NCBI RefSeq assembly: GCF_009914755.1
Contig: NC_060939.1
Origin: the human T2T-CHM13v2.0 reference genome, Homo sapiens
Direction: 5' to 3' (one strand)
DNA: 64,000 nt
Shown here one piece after another: positions 1-13,797 of this stretch. A model generated the notes under the pieces. It worked only from the letters and a program-made list of their open reading frames with translations. It was not told the origin of the DNA and made no database searches. The number at the start of each line of letters is the position of its first letter. Position 1 is the first letter of the stretch. Made by a program: the position numbers and the translations under genes.

Positions 1-1119
1 TTCGTCATAACTTCTCAAAGTGTCAACTTTTCCTCTTTTCATTGCCCTTGTTAAAGATAATTTAAAATTAGAAAGTCACATTCCCAGCCATTTCAGAGTC
101 AATGCTAATGTCATTTTCCTTTGCACAGAAGTCTCTTTTCCCTCTAGAGGCTCCCTGCCTTCATCCACAGCCCCCACTCCCCAGCCCCAAACAGGCATTG
201 TTAATCTCTGCAGGCACTAGTCCATTCCCCTATTTCATCCTTCTTATCTTTCCCCCAAAATACTTCACCCAGTGAAACACACTTTAGCTTCTGGTTCTCC
301 TTCCTTCACTCCACTTCAGAGAGAAATGTCTGGGTCTAGAGATTGTAAAGTCACCTTCAGGAAAGAAGCATACAGTTGACTGTCAATTAATCAGGATAAG
401 ACAGAAAAAATTACACCATGTGCAGCTTGGCTTCTCAGTACATGCATTTATGTTTTGGGATCAAGAGGATTTCTTCCGTACAACCTAAAATTCATATTTA
501 TGGCTTTTGTTTGGCTACAACTAATTCCCTTCCTAACTGCACAGTAGTTAATAGTCTGGAATTCTTAAAACAGTGATTACCATACTTCATAGTAGATTCA
601 AACGATGGTCCCTCATTTCCCCCTCATTCTATTTCACCTCTATTCTTGCCTGTTTATTCTTGGTAGCATTCTTTGCTTATACAAAAAAGTCAGACGATTT
701 TATATTCTATAATTTTTATTCTCGTGGCTAGTTTGACATAGATTTTAAGCCCGTTTACTTTCCCCCATTAAGCACAGACCTAAACATCACCATTCTTATC
801 ACGTGTACAATCCCATCAAGTTTCAGACTGTCATTTATACACAATTTTATTTCTTCTTACTTCTTTCACACACGCCTACCACTTACGTACAGCAACTTCA
901 CTACATTCATATTTCATAAACTTCATCAGTATTCAGCCAAACCCTCCCCCGAAGTAAGCTAGGTATTTTTAACACTGCACTGCCTCTTTCAGTGGCTTGA
1001 GGATCCTATACTAAGTGGCACCCTTCCTTGCATCCCAGAAGAGTTTATCTATTATGGTCTGTGCGTGGATGCAGAAACTTCCTAATCGTTTCAGGAAACT
1101 TTAAGATGTTCATAATCAA

Positions 1120-1227
1120 GCCAGGTGCAGTAGTACATGCCTGTAGTCTCAGTTACTAAGAAGCCTGAGGCGGGAGGATCCCTTGAGCCCATCTCTTTAA
1201 GAAAAAAAAAAAAAAACTAAAAAAATA
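1120..1227 (+). mobile_element. Monomeric Alu (FLAM/7SL-derived) with internal deletion
   Basis: GCCAGGTGCAGTAG...GGATCCCTTGAGCCCA joined to TCTCT and an A-tail; TSD GTTCATAATCAA at 1108-1119 and 1228-1239. Confidence 0.85.
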
Positions 1228-2275
1228 GTTCATAATCAAAATTAAAACACCCAATAACATTGTTAAGATGATTCTAGGCTAGGAGATTATAAATCCTCTG
1301 TACCATAATATTTCCTACTCATTTCCATCCTCTGACACAGAGTTTCAGAGAAAACATCTATGGTATAGAAGCTCTACCTGGGGCAGCCTGGAGTCCTCCA
1401 CCACCTACAAGGGTGTGTGAAACCTGTACTCTCAGCTGTCAGTGGGTGCTGTACAGGGCTCCCTAGCTGACCACCAGGGCCCCAGTTCTGCGGACAAAAC
1501 CATCACCAGGAAACCACAGCGCCATGCCACTGTTAATGTGCCATACTATGTAATGTGATAAGACAGTCTGTAATAATGACGTGTCAGTTAAGGCCATACA
1601 AATATGTTAGGGAAAAAAAATTGTTCTTGCACCAACACAGGGGAATTGTTACCTATAATTCCTTTTAGCATTAGCATGTAAGAGCTGGCGCAAAAAGCCG
1701 GCCTGACTAAACTGTGAGCTATGGTACATTTATTCCTCATCATGCCCCATTCCTCTCTTCTAAGGATTTCTTTAGACAATCTCCTTGATGTCTTTGCTCC
1801 AAAATCAAGAGAGAAATAATAATAACTGGGCTGTCACAAAAGAACATCAGGACTCCCAAGCTGAATTTCCAACACTACAATATCAAAGATAATCACAAGA
1901 CAACTGCAGACTATATCATTAAGTCAAGTGGGACATCCCTGAGAAAGTCAGCTTCTGATGGTGTGGTTCCAGGGATGCTTTCCATATTCGTCCAGTGAAA
2001 ACAACCTGTGCTTGGAAAGAGGGTTTCCTTTGGGGCAATCGAAATGTTCTTTGTTGACATTCTTGGAATTATTCCTTCTAACCCTAGAGTTTCCTAACTT
2101 TCAGGATTTAAGAGCCTCATGCCAAAGATACCCCTTCAATATATCTATGTAAGAGTTAGGACTACCTGGAGTTTCTGTCTACCATTAGATGGGAGAAAAC
2201 TTATGTTATCATAATACAGTAAATAACTTACTTGAAAATATAATATCCTTCCTGAATATTCAAGAATGACTTTAC

Positions 2276-2626
<351 letters not shown>

Positions 2627-5600
2627 CTAAGCTCTGGATGAAATATTCCTATAAAGTAAAAATCTCAATTAACTAAAATCAACTAATTGAATTTCTATTT
2701 TGCTACTTGCAACTTAGACAACAAGGGAGGAAATAACAAAACATACTGATATTGAGCATTTAACAAAAAAAGAAAGAAAGAAAACAATTTCCAAGTGGGG
2801 ATCAAGATAGATTTAGTCCAATCTCTGACACTGTGTCCATTTACAGTTCTATAATGTACAATTGGAATTCATACTCAGAACAGTGACCTTGTGGCACCAT
2901 AAGATTCTCAAACCTCAAAGAAAGATTCAATTACATTCTCAGTGTTCTTTCTAGAGTAGGAAACGGGACTAGTACGTTTAGAAAACGTATTCAACAAGTA
3001 AAGGACAAAAAATACTTTGGGTTAATCTACTGTTAGTCAGAAAAACCAACTCATCAGTAATGTCCTGGCACCCTTAGAGAAAAATCATGGTTTACTGTGT
3101 ATTAATCAACACTTAAACACTGATTCTCAGGTTTTTTTTAAAGCATTAATTTTAAAAATACAATTTTATTTTAACATACAGCCTAAAAAGATGGGTGAAA
3201 AATTTAACAGCTCATTTCTAAACCAACACTTCCTGCGTGAATTAGATATCAAAAAAAAAAAAAAACCACTAAAAAATGATAGAAGAGAAAATGAGAGACA
3301 GAGAGTATTATTCCTAAATTTTGAGTAAGGAAGATAATCTTCATATTCAGAAAAGTATTCCAAATTCTGGATGAGTATTCACTCCAACACTTGAAGGCCT
3401 TTCAAAAATACTCTCCTTGTTTCTGCACACTTTATCACTAATCTGGGATGAATGGGACAGGAATCTGTGAGCGAGCAGATGAGGTCTACCTCAAAGTCCC
3501 TGTATATTGGCTCATGGGAGACAATGAATGTGAACAGCCAGATATGTCATAATAGGAGAGGTGCGTTTCCTATAAATTTTTTTATTATTTGTTTTTGCAC
3601 ACATGGCAATCACATTACAGCTCTTTCCCCAGATACCTGGGAAATGTGGTTATGCATTTGGCTTCCACAGAAGTGTAAGCTAAGAAGCTCAATTCATCAA
3701 GTAGCCTGGGAAGATGAAGGGGGAAAGGAAGAGTAAACTCAGAACACATGGCACATGCTTAAGATACCATACCATATGAACCTCTAATAACCTCCAACTC
3801 CATCTCTCCTGTCAACATGGTACCGCAAGCTCCTAAACACAAGAATGGGAGAAGGTGGATCTTAATTCAGAAGTGACATGTCCAAGGAAAAGAACCCATG
3901 GGCTTGTCTCACTCGAATTCCAAAGGTTAGCTCTGGACAGAGGGCAGTTTGCTTCCAAAAGTGATTCAGCTGTCACTAAAAATCCTCAGAACATTTTTAT
4001 CCGGAGGCACATCTATTACAATTAACATTCTCACACCTCCCTGTGTCCCACTTCAGGAGTCTAGTGTGGAACCAGAAGTGTGTGCTACAGCCCCCACCTC
4101 TGCTACCTTGAAAACAAGCTGAAGGGTCTCATCGTTAGGGGCTTCAATGCAGGCTCCATACTTCAGTTTCAGACGTAGAGGCATTTTCTAAAGCCAAGGG
4201 CTCCTCACCATGCCAGTAGGTATTGGAAAATTCCAGCAGGTGACTAACATTAGAAGAGTCTCCTACAGATGTTTTGAACCACTCAGGACTTGAATTCTAG
4301 ATTAATAATTCAATTTTTTTTAAGAAATAAGGGGGAAGCAACAGAAAAGGTTATCATAACTATCATCAAATGCCTTTTCTATAATTATTATATTACATTT
4401 TTAAAGGGTATTATTATAAATGTTTTTATGAGCAATTTACCGGAAAATTAAAGTCCTTTAGTTTAAAAAATAATTATTTTATCCCTCTGGCAAAGGCTTT
4501 TCTCCCAGTCAGCAGCTCTTTCAAACTATGGGGCATCATTTGTTCACTGTGGCGAGCCGGGTCCATGTGAGGAAAGTTGATCTGAGAATCAATCTCTAGA
4601 AAGGGCGCTAAATTGCTAGGTAAGAGCACCTACTAGAAAGTGAATCAGCCAAAACTGAAGGGGGCAAGAGAGGCCACGCACTTTCAAAGTCAAAGACGTA
4701 TGTGGTTCTAGAAGTCCTCAGGGCTACACATAAACTACAGGCCCTGTTAACTGATTTTAAGTCAATCTAAGCTGAGCTTCCAGGGGGTTCGATCTCAACC
4801 CAACTGAGCTTTTCACTGTTAATCCCATCTTTTGGTTTCGATTTTTCCCTTAGGTCTGCCGGCCCTAAAAGCCTTCAACCTTCAGCACTGGTGTTCCAAA
4901 CCAACTGTGTGGTGGTACACAGCCCTGTGTGGATGACTTCACTGAACTAAAATATGTAAGCTTCTGGCAAGCACATATAATAACGAGATTCTGAAAAAGG
5001 GTTTTTAACAACAGTTATGTCACGAGGCTCATGGCTCCCTGAAGTCCCTGAAAGCCTTGTTAAATTAAAGATTCGCTGTGGTTTTTTTTCCGCTTCATTC
5101 CTACTTCCCTTGTCGCTTCCTGCCTTTCTTTTTTCTCTTTCATTGTGTTGTTAAGATGGAACTGAGTGACACCAGCTATCATTAATATCACCTAGAAAAT
5201 GGAAGAGTTTCATTAAAACTGCTAACATTCCCAGCAGTTTTATGGACAGGGGAAGGCCGTCTTTCAGATTATAAAGTCACACACCTGATTTTGTAAGCTC
5301 AGGCAATAAAGGTACACAGTGCATCCACACTTGGATTCCCAAGAGGGAGGAATTCAACAGTAGCCTCAAGTCTACCTAGGTAATGTCTCATGAGGTCACT
5401 GCAATGTCATGAGAATTCAGACCACAATTTCTGTGGACTTCAAACACTGACTGGGTAGAAGCTAAACCTGCTACCCTTTGGAAAGTATCTCCCAAATCAG
5501 AAAGCTTCCCATTTCACCCAATGCCAAGAACTCCACTCCACCCTCCTGGAGGTTGAAAATGCTAATCATAAGGTGATGATGTTTGCTTTTCCTTTCTAGT

Positions 5601-6001
5601 TGTGTGCCTTTATGTTTTAAGTATTTAAAAGGCATAATCACCTAGTGTGTAGGTTAATTTCTTTCCGATATTGTAATTTATGCAACATTAATACTGGATG
5701 CCAGCTCCAATTTTCTTACTGCTTACACTCTGGGAGCCGGCTTGCATATTCTGCCAACTCCATTACATCATCTGAAAACCCAAACATTTCCCATTTTCAA
5801 ATCACTCTCAACTACCAGGCATACTTACACATTCTCTCTTTTTCTCCCTAGCTCACACACATAAAGATTGGTACCCCTGAGGAGCAGATGCTACATCTGA
5901 GGTTAAAGTCTGCAAATGCACATAATTTCTGGAAGCTATTACTACTGCTGTGTTAGCTAAAGGATGCCTCCATCTCTGACCTTCCTTTTTCCATTCAGAC
6001 T

Positions 6002-6534
6002 GTTATATAACCTAGTGCCTGCGTGCAGGATGTGAGTTGAGTGTTTGGGCCTTACCACCCCCCTCCCATTAAATCTTCCAGGAGGGACAGACAGGGGCTG
6101 GTTCAAAGAATGAGTTGGGGTGGGGGCAGAGGGTGGGGGGAAGGGGATATGGGTCAGCAGGTCAGCTGTGCAAGATGTATCCCACTCCTACTATGCCCCT
6201 CTCCCCTTTTTGCTGAGCCTAAGGGGGCTGGTGGCACTGAATGCTCCGGCGTTACATAATTTGCAAGAACAGCAAGTTACGGATTTGCTAGTCGGCTCTG
6301 CAGCCTGCCACCCTGATCGCTTGCAAGAACACCTTCTGGCAAGAATGACACCTGAAGATGTTAATAACACAGGGTGTGGGGGGGTCAAGAAGGAGAAAGG
6401 TGGCAGCACAAACCAAAGATTAGTGCAGCTTCCTAAATACTATGTCCCCCCCATTCCAAAAAAAAAAAAAAAAAGCCCCAGAAACACATGAAGGGGATTT
6501 TCTCCAGTGTTTCTGATTAACCCTGTTACATAAC
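6002..6534. promoter_or_regulatory. D-box (PAR-bZIP/NFIL3) cluster
   Basis: GTTACATAAT at 6251-6260 and GTTACATAAC at 6525-6534 (both RTTAYGTAAY on the minus strand); palindromic variant GTTATATAAC at 6002-6011. Confidence 0.65.
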
Positions 6535-7849
6535 CCGCTCGCATTCCAAATCCACCGTCTCAGGGTCTAAATATACTCTTTGCAGCCAAAAGCTCCCCGC
6601 ACACAAACTCACCGAGCTAGCGGCAGGTCCAGGCCCCCAGCCCTCATCCCCTTCCCTTTTGTCCCAGCCCTCGCCGCCCCCCTCCCGCTGAAACCGCGGT
6701 TCGCCGCGGTCACCCTTTGGAAATCGCCTTTAATTAAATGTTTTTCGCGTGTGTCATCCTGATGGCTTTTACTGTACTCGAATTCCGTGAATGGGAAAGC
6801 GCCTGGACAGGGGGTGTGGCTAAGGTGGGGGGGGGGATACTGTAAAACAGCCAGCACATGATCAGCCATATTCCTACCTCCAACTACAACATCGAGAGGA
6901 AGGGAGCAGTTCCTGGGGCCCCCATTCGCCTCTACCCAGCCCTCCCCAACCGCCGCCAGAAGCCGAGTGCAAGAGGAGGGGGCGCGCTGGGCCGGTACCC
7001 AAGCCGGGGCTGGAGAAATCCTCTCCGTCCCCAGCTCCAGGCGGCTCGCGCGAGCACGCTTCCTCCGGAGTGACAGGCGCGATTTATACATTATTTACAA
7101 CAGTAATTAAAGCTGTAGCTTCCTCCTGTTCTTTGCAAACTCCAGGCGCATTCAAATAAATAATCCCCCACTCTCGAGAAAAACACACATCAGGTTCCAA
7201 TACCTTCAAGAAAGAGTGAGCTTTCCTCAACAGCTTACTTTAGGAAAGGAGGGAGCAACTGAGTCCCCCCCATCCCCCCCAACACACGCAGACACAGACC
7301 AAACACCAAAATGAAGAGTAAAAATCGCCAGGGGAGGAGAAAACATTGCTTGCACTATCCAACCAGCATACAACTTGCACTGACCATCCCCAGGTTCCTG
7401 CAGAAATGCTTGGAACCTCCGAGAGGGAAGGATTCCCAGAGCAGAAATAAGTTTGGGTGCTTGCTTTTGTAGACGCTCCCTCCGAATGCGCGTGGAGCGC
7501 CCCACAGGACCGCCGCCCTCTGCGCGTTGGCGCGCACACGCCCCCCGCCAGCCTGGGCGCCGGGCTCCGAACCCCCGGTCTGCAAACTTGCGCATCTCCC
7601 CTCGCCGCGCCCGCCAGACAACTTGGCGAACAGCTCGCCCGCCCGCACCCCGCTTCCTTCGGCCCTTCCTTCAAATCCCAAACGCACCGCCGTGCTCCAA
7701 AGAAGGTGTCCACGTCGCCCCCAGACCCCGGAGCGCCCCCTCTCCACCCCCGGGACTTCCCAGGTCGCTCACTCCTCCCGCCCCCCGCCCAGATCTGAGA
7801 GGGACCGAAAACACACCCCCGACTCGGGCAGCCAGGGCCGAAACTGTCA

Positions 7850-8518
<669 letters not shown>

Positions 8519-8551
8519 CTATCTTCTGTTTTCAGAGCAACTCTATGGTAC

Positions 8552-8552
<1 letters not shown>

Positions 8553-8592
<40 letters not shown>
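8553..8592 (+). repeat. A40 homopolymer (T40 on the RORA sense strand)
   Basis: 40 consecutive A at 8553-8592, 85 nt upstream of the RORA ATG, with no adjacent Alu/L1 body. Confidence 0.95.
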
Positions 8593-8594
<2 letters not shown>

Positions 8595-11229
8595 AGGAGA
8601 AGGCGACCGGCGAGAGCAGGAGGGAGAGAGCAGGCGGCGGCGGGCGGGCGAGCGAGAGCGCGAGGGAGCGCGCGGAGTGTCTGGGTGGACGTGTGTGTGC
8701 GCCCGAGAGGGGACAAGAGGCGGGTCTGGCCACAGGCAGCGCTAGCGAGAGCTTCTCCAGCCGGCCCCCACACCCACATTCCCCACCCTCCAGACCCCAG
8801 ACCGAGAGCCACAGACTGGCTGCCAATTTTGGGAGGTGGGGAAAAGAGGGGAGGAGGAGAACAGAGCCTCCCGCGCCCCAATCCTCCCCTCTCCCCAGCC
8901 CAGGGACAGAAATTAAAATCGGTGAGATGATTCCGTGCCTACTTCTGAGACTCTCTCGGGAACAGAACTCGTCCCCATCCGCTGCCAGCTTGGGTAGAGA
9001 CAAATCCGATTGTCCACGTCCACGTTGGGAAATCGCAGGTAGCCCCCTGCCAGCCCTGCCGAGGGCTGAGGAGAAACTAAAAAGGAATTAGAACGGGGCT
9101 GACATCCCAAGGAAGGCGGAGGATGGGAGGACGTGGCACTTTTTACTTTGGGATGGGACGGCCAGTGGGTTTCCAATCTTGGTTAAAGACATCTGTGTCT
9201 AAAACAGATTTTGTGAATCTAGAAGCGCCATGGACAGTTTCTGGCATGGTTGAAAGAGGTCGCTTTCAGCTCCTTTGCTGTTTGTCCGCGAAGGATCCAG
9301 AAACCATTTGGCAGGGCATTTTCTACTGAAGAAAACTTTGGCCTGTTTGGTCGACAACTATCTAAGCTGGATAAAACATGCCACGCTGCATCTAGCTCAA
9401 GCGTGGCTGCTAATTGTCAATTCCCACTGGTACTTTTCCTATTAAATGTACAGTCTCATCCATAAAAGGTAGATATACTGGAGAGGCATTACTAATGCCC
9501 GGATAACATTCAGATAATTAACAGCTCCTAATAATTCGTATTATTATAGGCATCATTCTACACCCTCCTCCCATTGAAATACATTCATCCCCTAGTAGGT
9601 ACCTAAAACTCCAGGAAAGCAGATAATTGCATCATCGTTACCTTGACTGCAAACTCCAAGATGAAGGAACAATACAAATTGAAAGAATGGAAAATACTCC
9701 AATGGTAGTAGCCTGATTTGTCTGCCTTCATACTCAATCTACCACTTTCTTTTGCCTGCGAAGACACTGTGGAAATACGCCCCACCTTCCTTTCAAAAGG
9801 ATCCAAAATTTTGACAATAAATAATATTATTAGAGGCCAGAAGGTGGCATAAATATATGTGCTTCAGAACGTGGGGTAGGCGGAGGGAATTGGGGGACAT
9901 TTTTCTTTTGCTAACTTCCTGGTTTGGAAAAATGCTTTAAAAAATAGTAAGTGCGGGAAACCCAGTTAGCTAATCCTTCAGAGGAACCGCCATATGCCAA
10001 ATTTCACACATAGTTTCTGTTACTGTTACTGATCTTGATCTTATTTCAAATACACAATGCCCTTTGCCATAGTCTGTGTACTAATCAGCAAAACCTGTGG
10101 TCCACTCTTCGGGGTGATGTAAATGAGATGTGAACAGTCCTGATACCTTAATCCTGTCTCTGCAAGGATCCCTGGCTTTAGCCTGTCTGTTGGCGCCTAC
10201 AAACAATGCACAATTGTCTCCTCCATCCCAAATCAGACGTGTGGGTTTCCCCATACGTGAAAGCACAGATTTCCAGAGTAGCCTTCACAACATTTACCAT
10301 TGGTTAGCCTGTTAGTAATGTTCTTGATGCAATTGACCTAGCTTGTTACACTTGACTTTTCTAAGGAAACAAATATATCAAAGTGTACAGTTTAAGAAAC
10401 AACTTCCTCTGGGACAGTGAGCATCTCAGAATACATTGGCTGCCTCATGTTTATTTTAGAATACTTTAAAAAATACTCGTCACATTAAATTTCACCAGTA
10501 ATTCTATCTGGGACGCAAGTGACTTAAAAAGTATCCCTGGTTTCCTTTTAGGTACCAGTAGCAACTTGTTAACATTTTTTATTAAGTCTGTTCCCCTTGG
10601 ACCTTTAATGAGTTTCTTACTGTTCTCCTTTAACTAAGGTGATGTTTAGTCACCCTGAAAAGACCATCTAGAAAATAGTCATAATGACCTGAATCAATTA
10701 AAATAGACTCTATATTCCCTTCAGAAAAAGATCGCAGCTCCAAAAAGCCATTTCTCCTAACTCTCTAAGACAATTACTGCTTCTGCAATTTAAAACAATT
10801 GGGAACTCAAGTGCTTTCCCCAAGGGAAAAAATAAAAGTGAGTTAGATACATTCCTTGACTGTCAATCACTGTGACTAAAGTGTAAATTACCTGGATTGG
10901 GGAAGCATTTGAAACCTGAAAAGCACAGTGATTAGGTTTATATTTCTTTCCTTCCGTCATGCTCCCTTTCGGATTACTAATTAAGGCTTTCCAATTTTCC
11001 AAATATTTGAAGAGATGGGAGCCTTCCTTAGACTCTGCTCATTGACAAAGGGCAACAGTGTTTGCTTAAAAATGGTTATTTTACTTTGCACCGAGTTCCC
11101 TGAAAATGGCTTAGAAAAGCTATGCTTGTGGAAGAGATCAGCCTAATTTCAGTTTTTTTGTAACTCCTCTTTGCAACACCACAGCCATCGCCCCCTACCT
11201 CCTTGCCAATCCCAGGCTCCTCTCCTGAT

Positions 11230-12160
11230 GGTAACATTACTTTTCTCCTACTCTAAGGTAATTACTGGGAACCTCAAAGTTAACTTTGACTCCTCTCTTT
11301 TGCTCCTGCCCCTAGTTCTCCACATCCTAACATGCTTGCCAAGTGCTACAAATTCTACCTACATGACATATGCCCCTCCTTTCTGCAGCCATCCATGCAG
11401 TTCCAGACATTATTGCTCACCTAAACCATCTCAGTAACCTCTTAAATAACTGGCCTTCAGTCTTATAACCATTCTAATCCATTCCAGATAGTACTGCCAA
11501 GTTAATTACCCTGAACTACAGCTCTCATTTCCCACCATGTCACTCCCCTACTTACAAGACTTTAATGGCTCCCCATTGCCCATGCAATTAACAACTAACT
11601 AGTCAACGCGGTATTGAAGGCTCTATCTCCCTATCTCTGCACTCCTATACCAAGGATGGCAAGTCGATCTCGTCATGTGGAAAGGTGTGGGCTGTGATTG
11701 ATTTATGTTATCTCCCATGGGTGGAGGATAGGGAGTGTGACACTCCTGGCAGGAGTTTGTCAAACTGTCTTACATCCTTATGTAATCTCCACAATCCATG
11801 TGCAGTACTCAGGCCAGGCCACATGCTGCTGCCTGCTCCCCCTCCTACTTCTAGTCCATGATACATAGATAGTTGCCTCTGCCTCTTCTCCCTAAAGGCC
11901 CTCCCTGCCTTCTCTGTTTACTGAAATCTACCTTCCTTTCAAAGTTAATTCTAAATGACAGCTCCTCTGTGGAGCCTTCCCTGATTTACCCCAAACCAAA
12001 TATTTTAACTATCTTAGTGCTGTGCACCCCTCCTAAGGCATTTGGTCTGCTCAATCTACCTTGTATTGTGGTTGTTTGAACATTTGCTTTTTCCTCCCTG
12101 GTGGAAGACATGCTCCTTAAAAACAGGGACTGTGCCTTTGCACATAGTAGGCATTCATTA
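11230..12160 (+). mobile_element. L2 fragments (degraded)
   Basis: Pyrimidine-rich L2-like motifs (CATGTCACTCCCCTACTT..., GCCTTCCCTGAT..., GCACATAGTAGGCATTCA). Confidence 0.55.
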
Positions 12161-12799
12161 CAGTTACTGGATTTGGGAAATGCAGTTGATGAAGTCATCA
12201 AAAAGTAGCATGTCCACACGGTAATTCCATTATCCAACAAGAATGAAAACCTAAGCATTTCAACTTTCAATCACTTGAAATAAGCCTTTCCTTCTTGGAT
12301 AAAAGATTCATCAGCATGTATGTGCTGTTAAAATTTATATATGCAAAAAAAGTTGACAGTTATTTTCTTGCATTTCTTGAGAGGGAGAGAAGGGAAATGA
12401 TGGAAATATACAGTAGAATTTCCTTGGGAGTATGGAGCTTTCTACAACATGCACAAGAACAAAGAAGACAGAAAATTAAAACTGAGTGCCCAGACAACAA
12501 GTTTTCCTTCTTTCAAGAAAGCATCCAGAAGCTGAAGCTGGGCTATGTGCAGAAAATAGAAGACACACCAATGAAAATGCAGCACTGCTCTTGGGCATGG
12601 GAGGGGCTCCATCTCACTGCTTGTCATTAAGTTGTCCCCCAGCTGGTAAAGTCCAGGGTAAGAAGGAGCCAGAGAATCAGTGATGTGAACCTGATGTCCT
12701 CCTGGGTGGTAACAGGAGAGCCAGACTTGCCAGACATGAGGAAATAAAGACGAAGATTGAAACATGCAGTGTCCACCCTGGATGATCCACTCCACCCAT

Positions 12800-13050
12800 G
12801 CCCATTTTATAGGTGAGGAAATGAAAATATAGAGAAGAAAAGTGACTCGCCCAAGGCCACACAACTAATCGGTGGCATGATGTGACTGACGGCTTCAGAC
12901 TGCCTGAAGTCAACGCCCAACTCTGCCACGTGCTGGCAATGTGGCCAAGGGAAAGTCACTAACCATTTCTATGCCTATATTTCCTCATCCATAGATGAAC
13001 ATTGTTGGGGTTAGGTGAGATGATCCTTCTGAAATCTTGGCACTCAAAAT
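12800..13050. mobile_element. Two adjacent MIR fragments in opposite orientation
   Basis: CCCATTTTATAGGTGAGGAAA...GCCCAAGGCCACACA followed by TGTGGCCAAGGGAAAGTCACTAACC...TTTCCTCATC. Confidence 0.6.
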
Positions 13051-13102
13051 TCTGCTCTTATCATTATGCATCTTACAAGTTGTTATAAAATTCTGTATAA
13101 AA

Positions 13103-13407
13103 CAGCACCGTCCAATACTAGTCATTAGCCAAATGTGTCTATTGATTTCTTAAAATATGGTGAGTTCAAATTGAGATGTGTGATAACTGTTAAAATCCAC
13201 ATTGAATTTCAAAGACTTAGTACAAAAATGTAACGTGTCTCATTAATACTTTTTTATTGATTGCATGTCAAAATGATCAGAGTTTGGATATATTGGGTTA
13301 AGTGAGATATTTAAATTTATTTCATCTCTTTTAACTTTTTAAAATCTGACTACTAGAAAATTTAAAATTACTGTGTGGTTGATAGCATTGTCTATTGGAA
13401 AGTGCTG
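13103..13407. mobile_element. MER33-like hAT-Charlie MITE
   Basis: Termini CAGCACCGTCCAATA ... TATTGGAAAGTGCTG; internal match to the recalled MER33 consensus. Confidence 0.8.
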
Positions 13408-13497
13408 GTATGGACCATCTCCAGCTCATAGTAGGTATTATAACAATGTAATAAGAGTAATTTCTAGGGCTCAGCTGGGGCTCAAAAGGTAGCATCC

Positions 13498-13797
13498 AGC
13501 CGGGCACTGTGCCTCACACCTATAATCCCAGCAGTTTGGGAGGCCAAGGCAAGCAGATCGCTTGAACCCAGGAGTTTGAGACCAGCCTGGACAACATGGT
13601 AAAACCCCTTCTCTACCAAAAAATACAAAAATTTAGCCAGGTGTGGTGGCACACACCTGTAGTCCCAGCTACTAGGAAGGCTAAGGTGGGAGGATCACTA
13701 GAGCCTGAGAAGTCAAGGTTGCAGTGAGCCATGATGATTCTGCCACTATATTTCAGCCTGTGCAACGAAGTGAGACCTGTCTCAAAAAAAAAAAAAA
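13498..13797 (+). mobile_element. AluJ-type element
   Basis: Alu dimer with J-like diagnostics (GATCGCTTGAACCCAGGAGTTTGAG; GGAGGATCACTAGAGCC) and A-tail. Confidence 0.93.

Noticed and set aside
4780-4802. GGTTCGATCTC as a tRNA T-arm or Pol III B-box
   Set aside because: Imperfect B-box, with no A-box spacing or cloverleaf.
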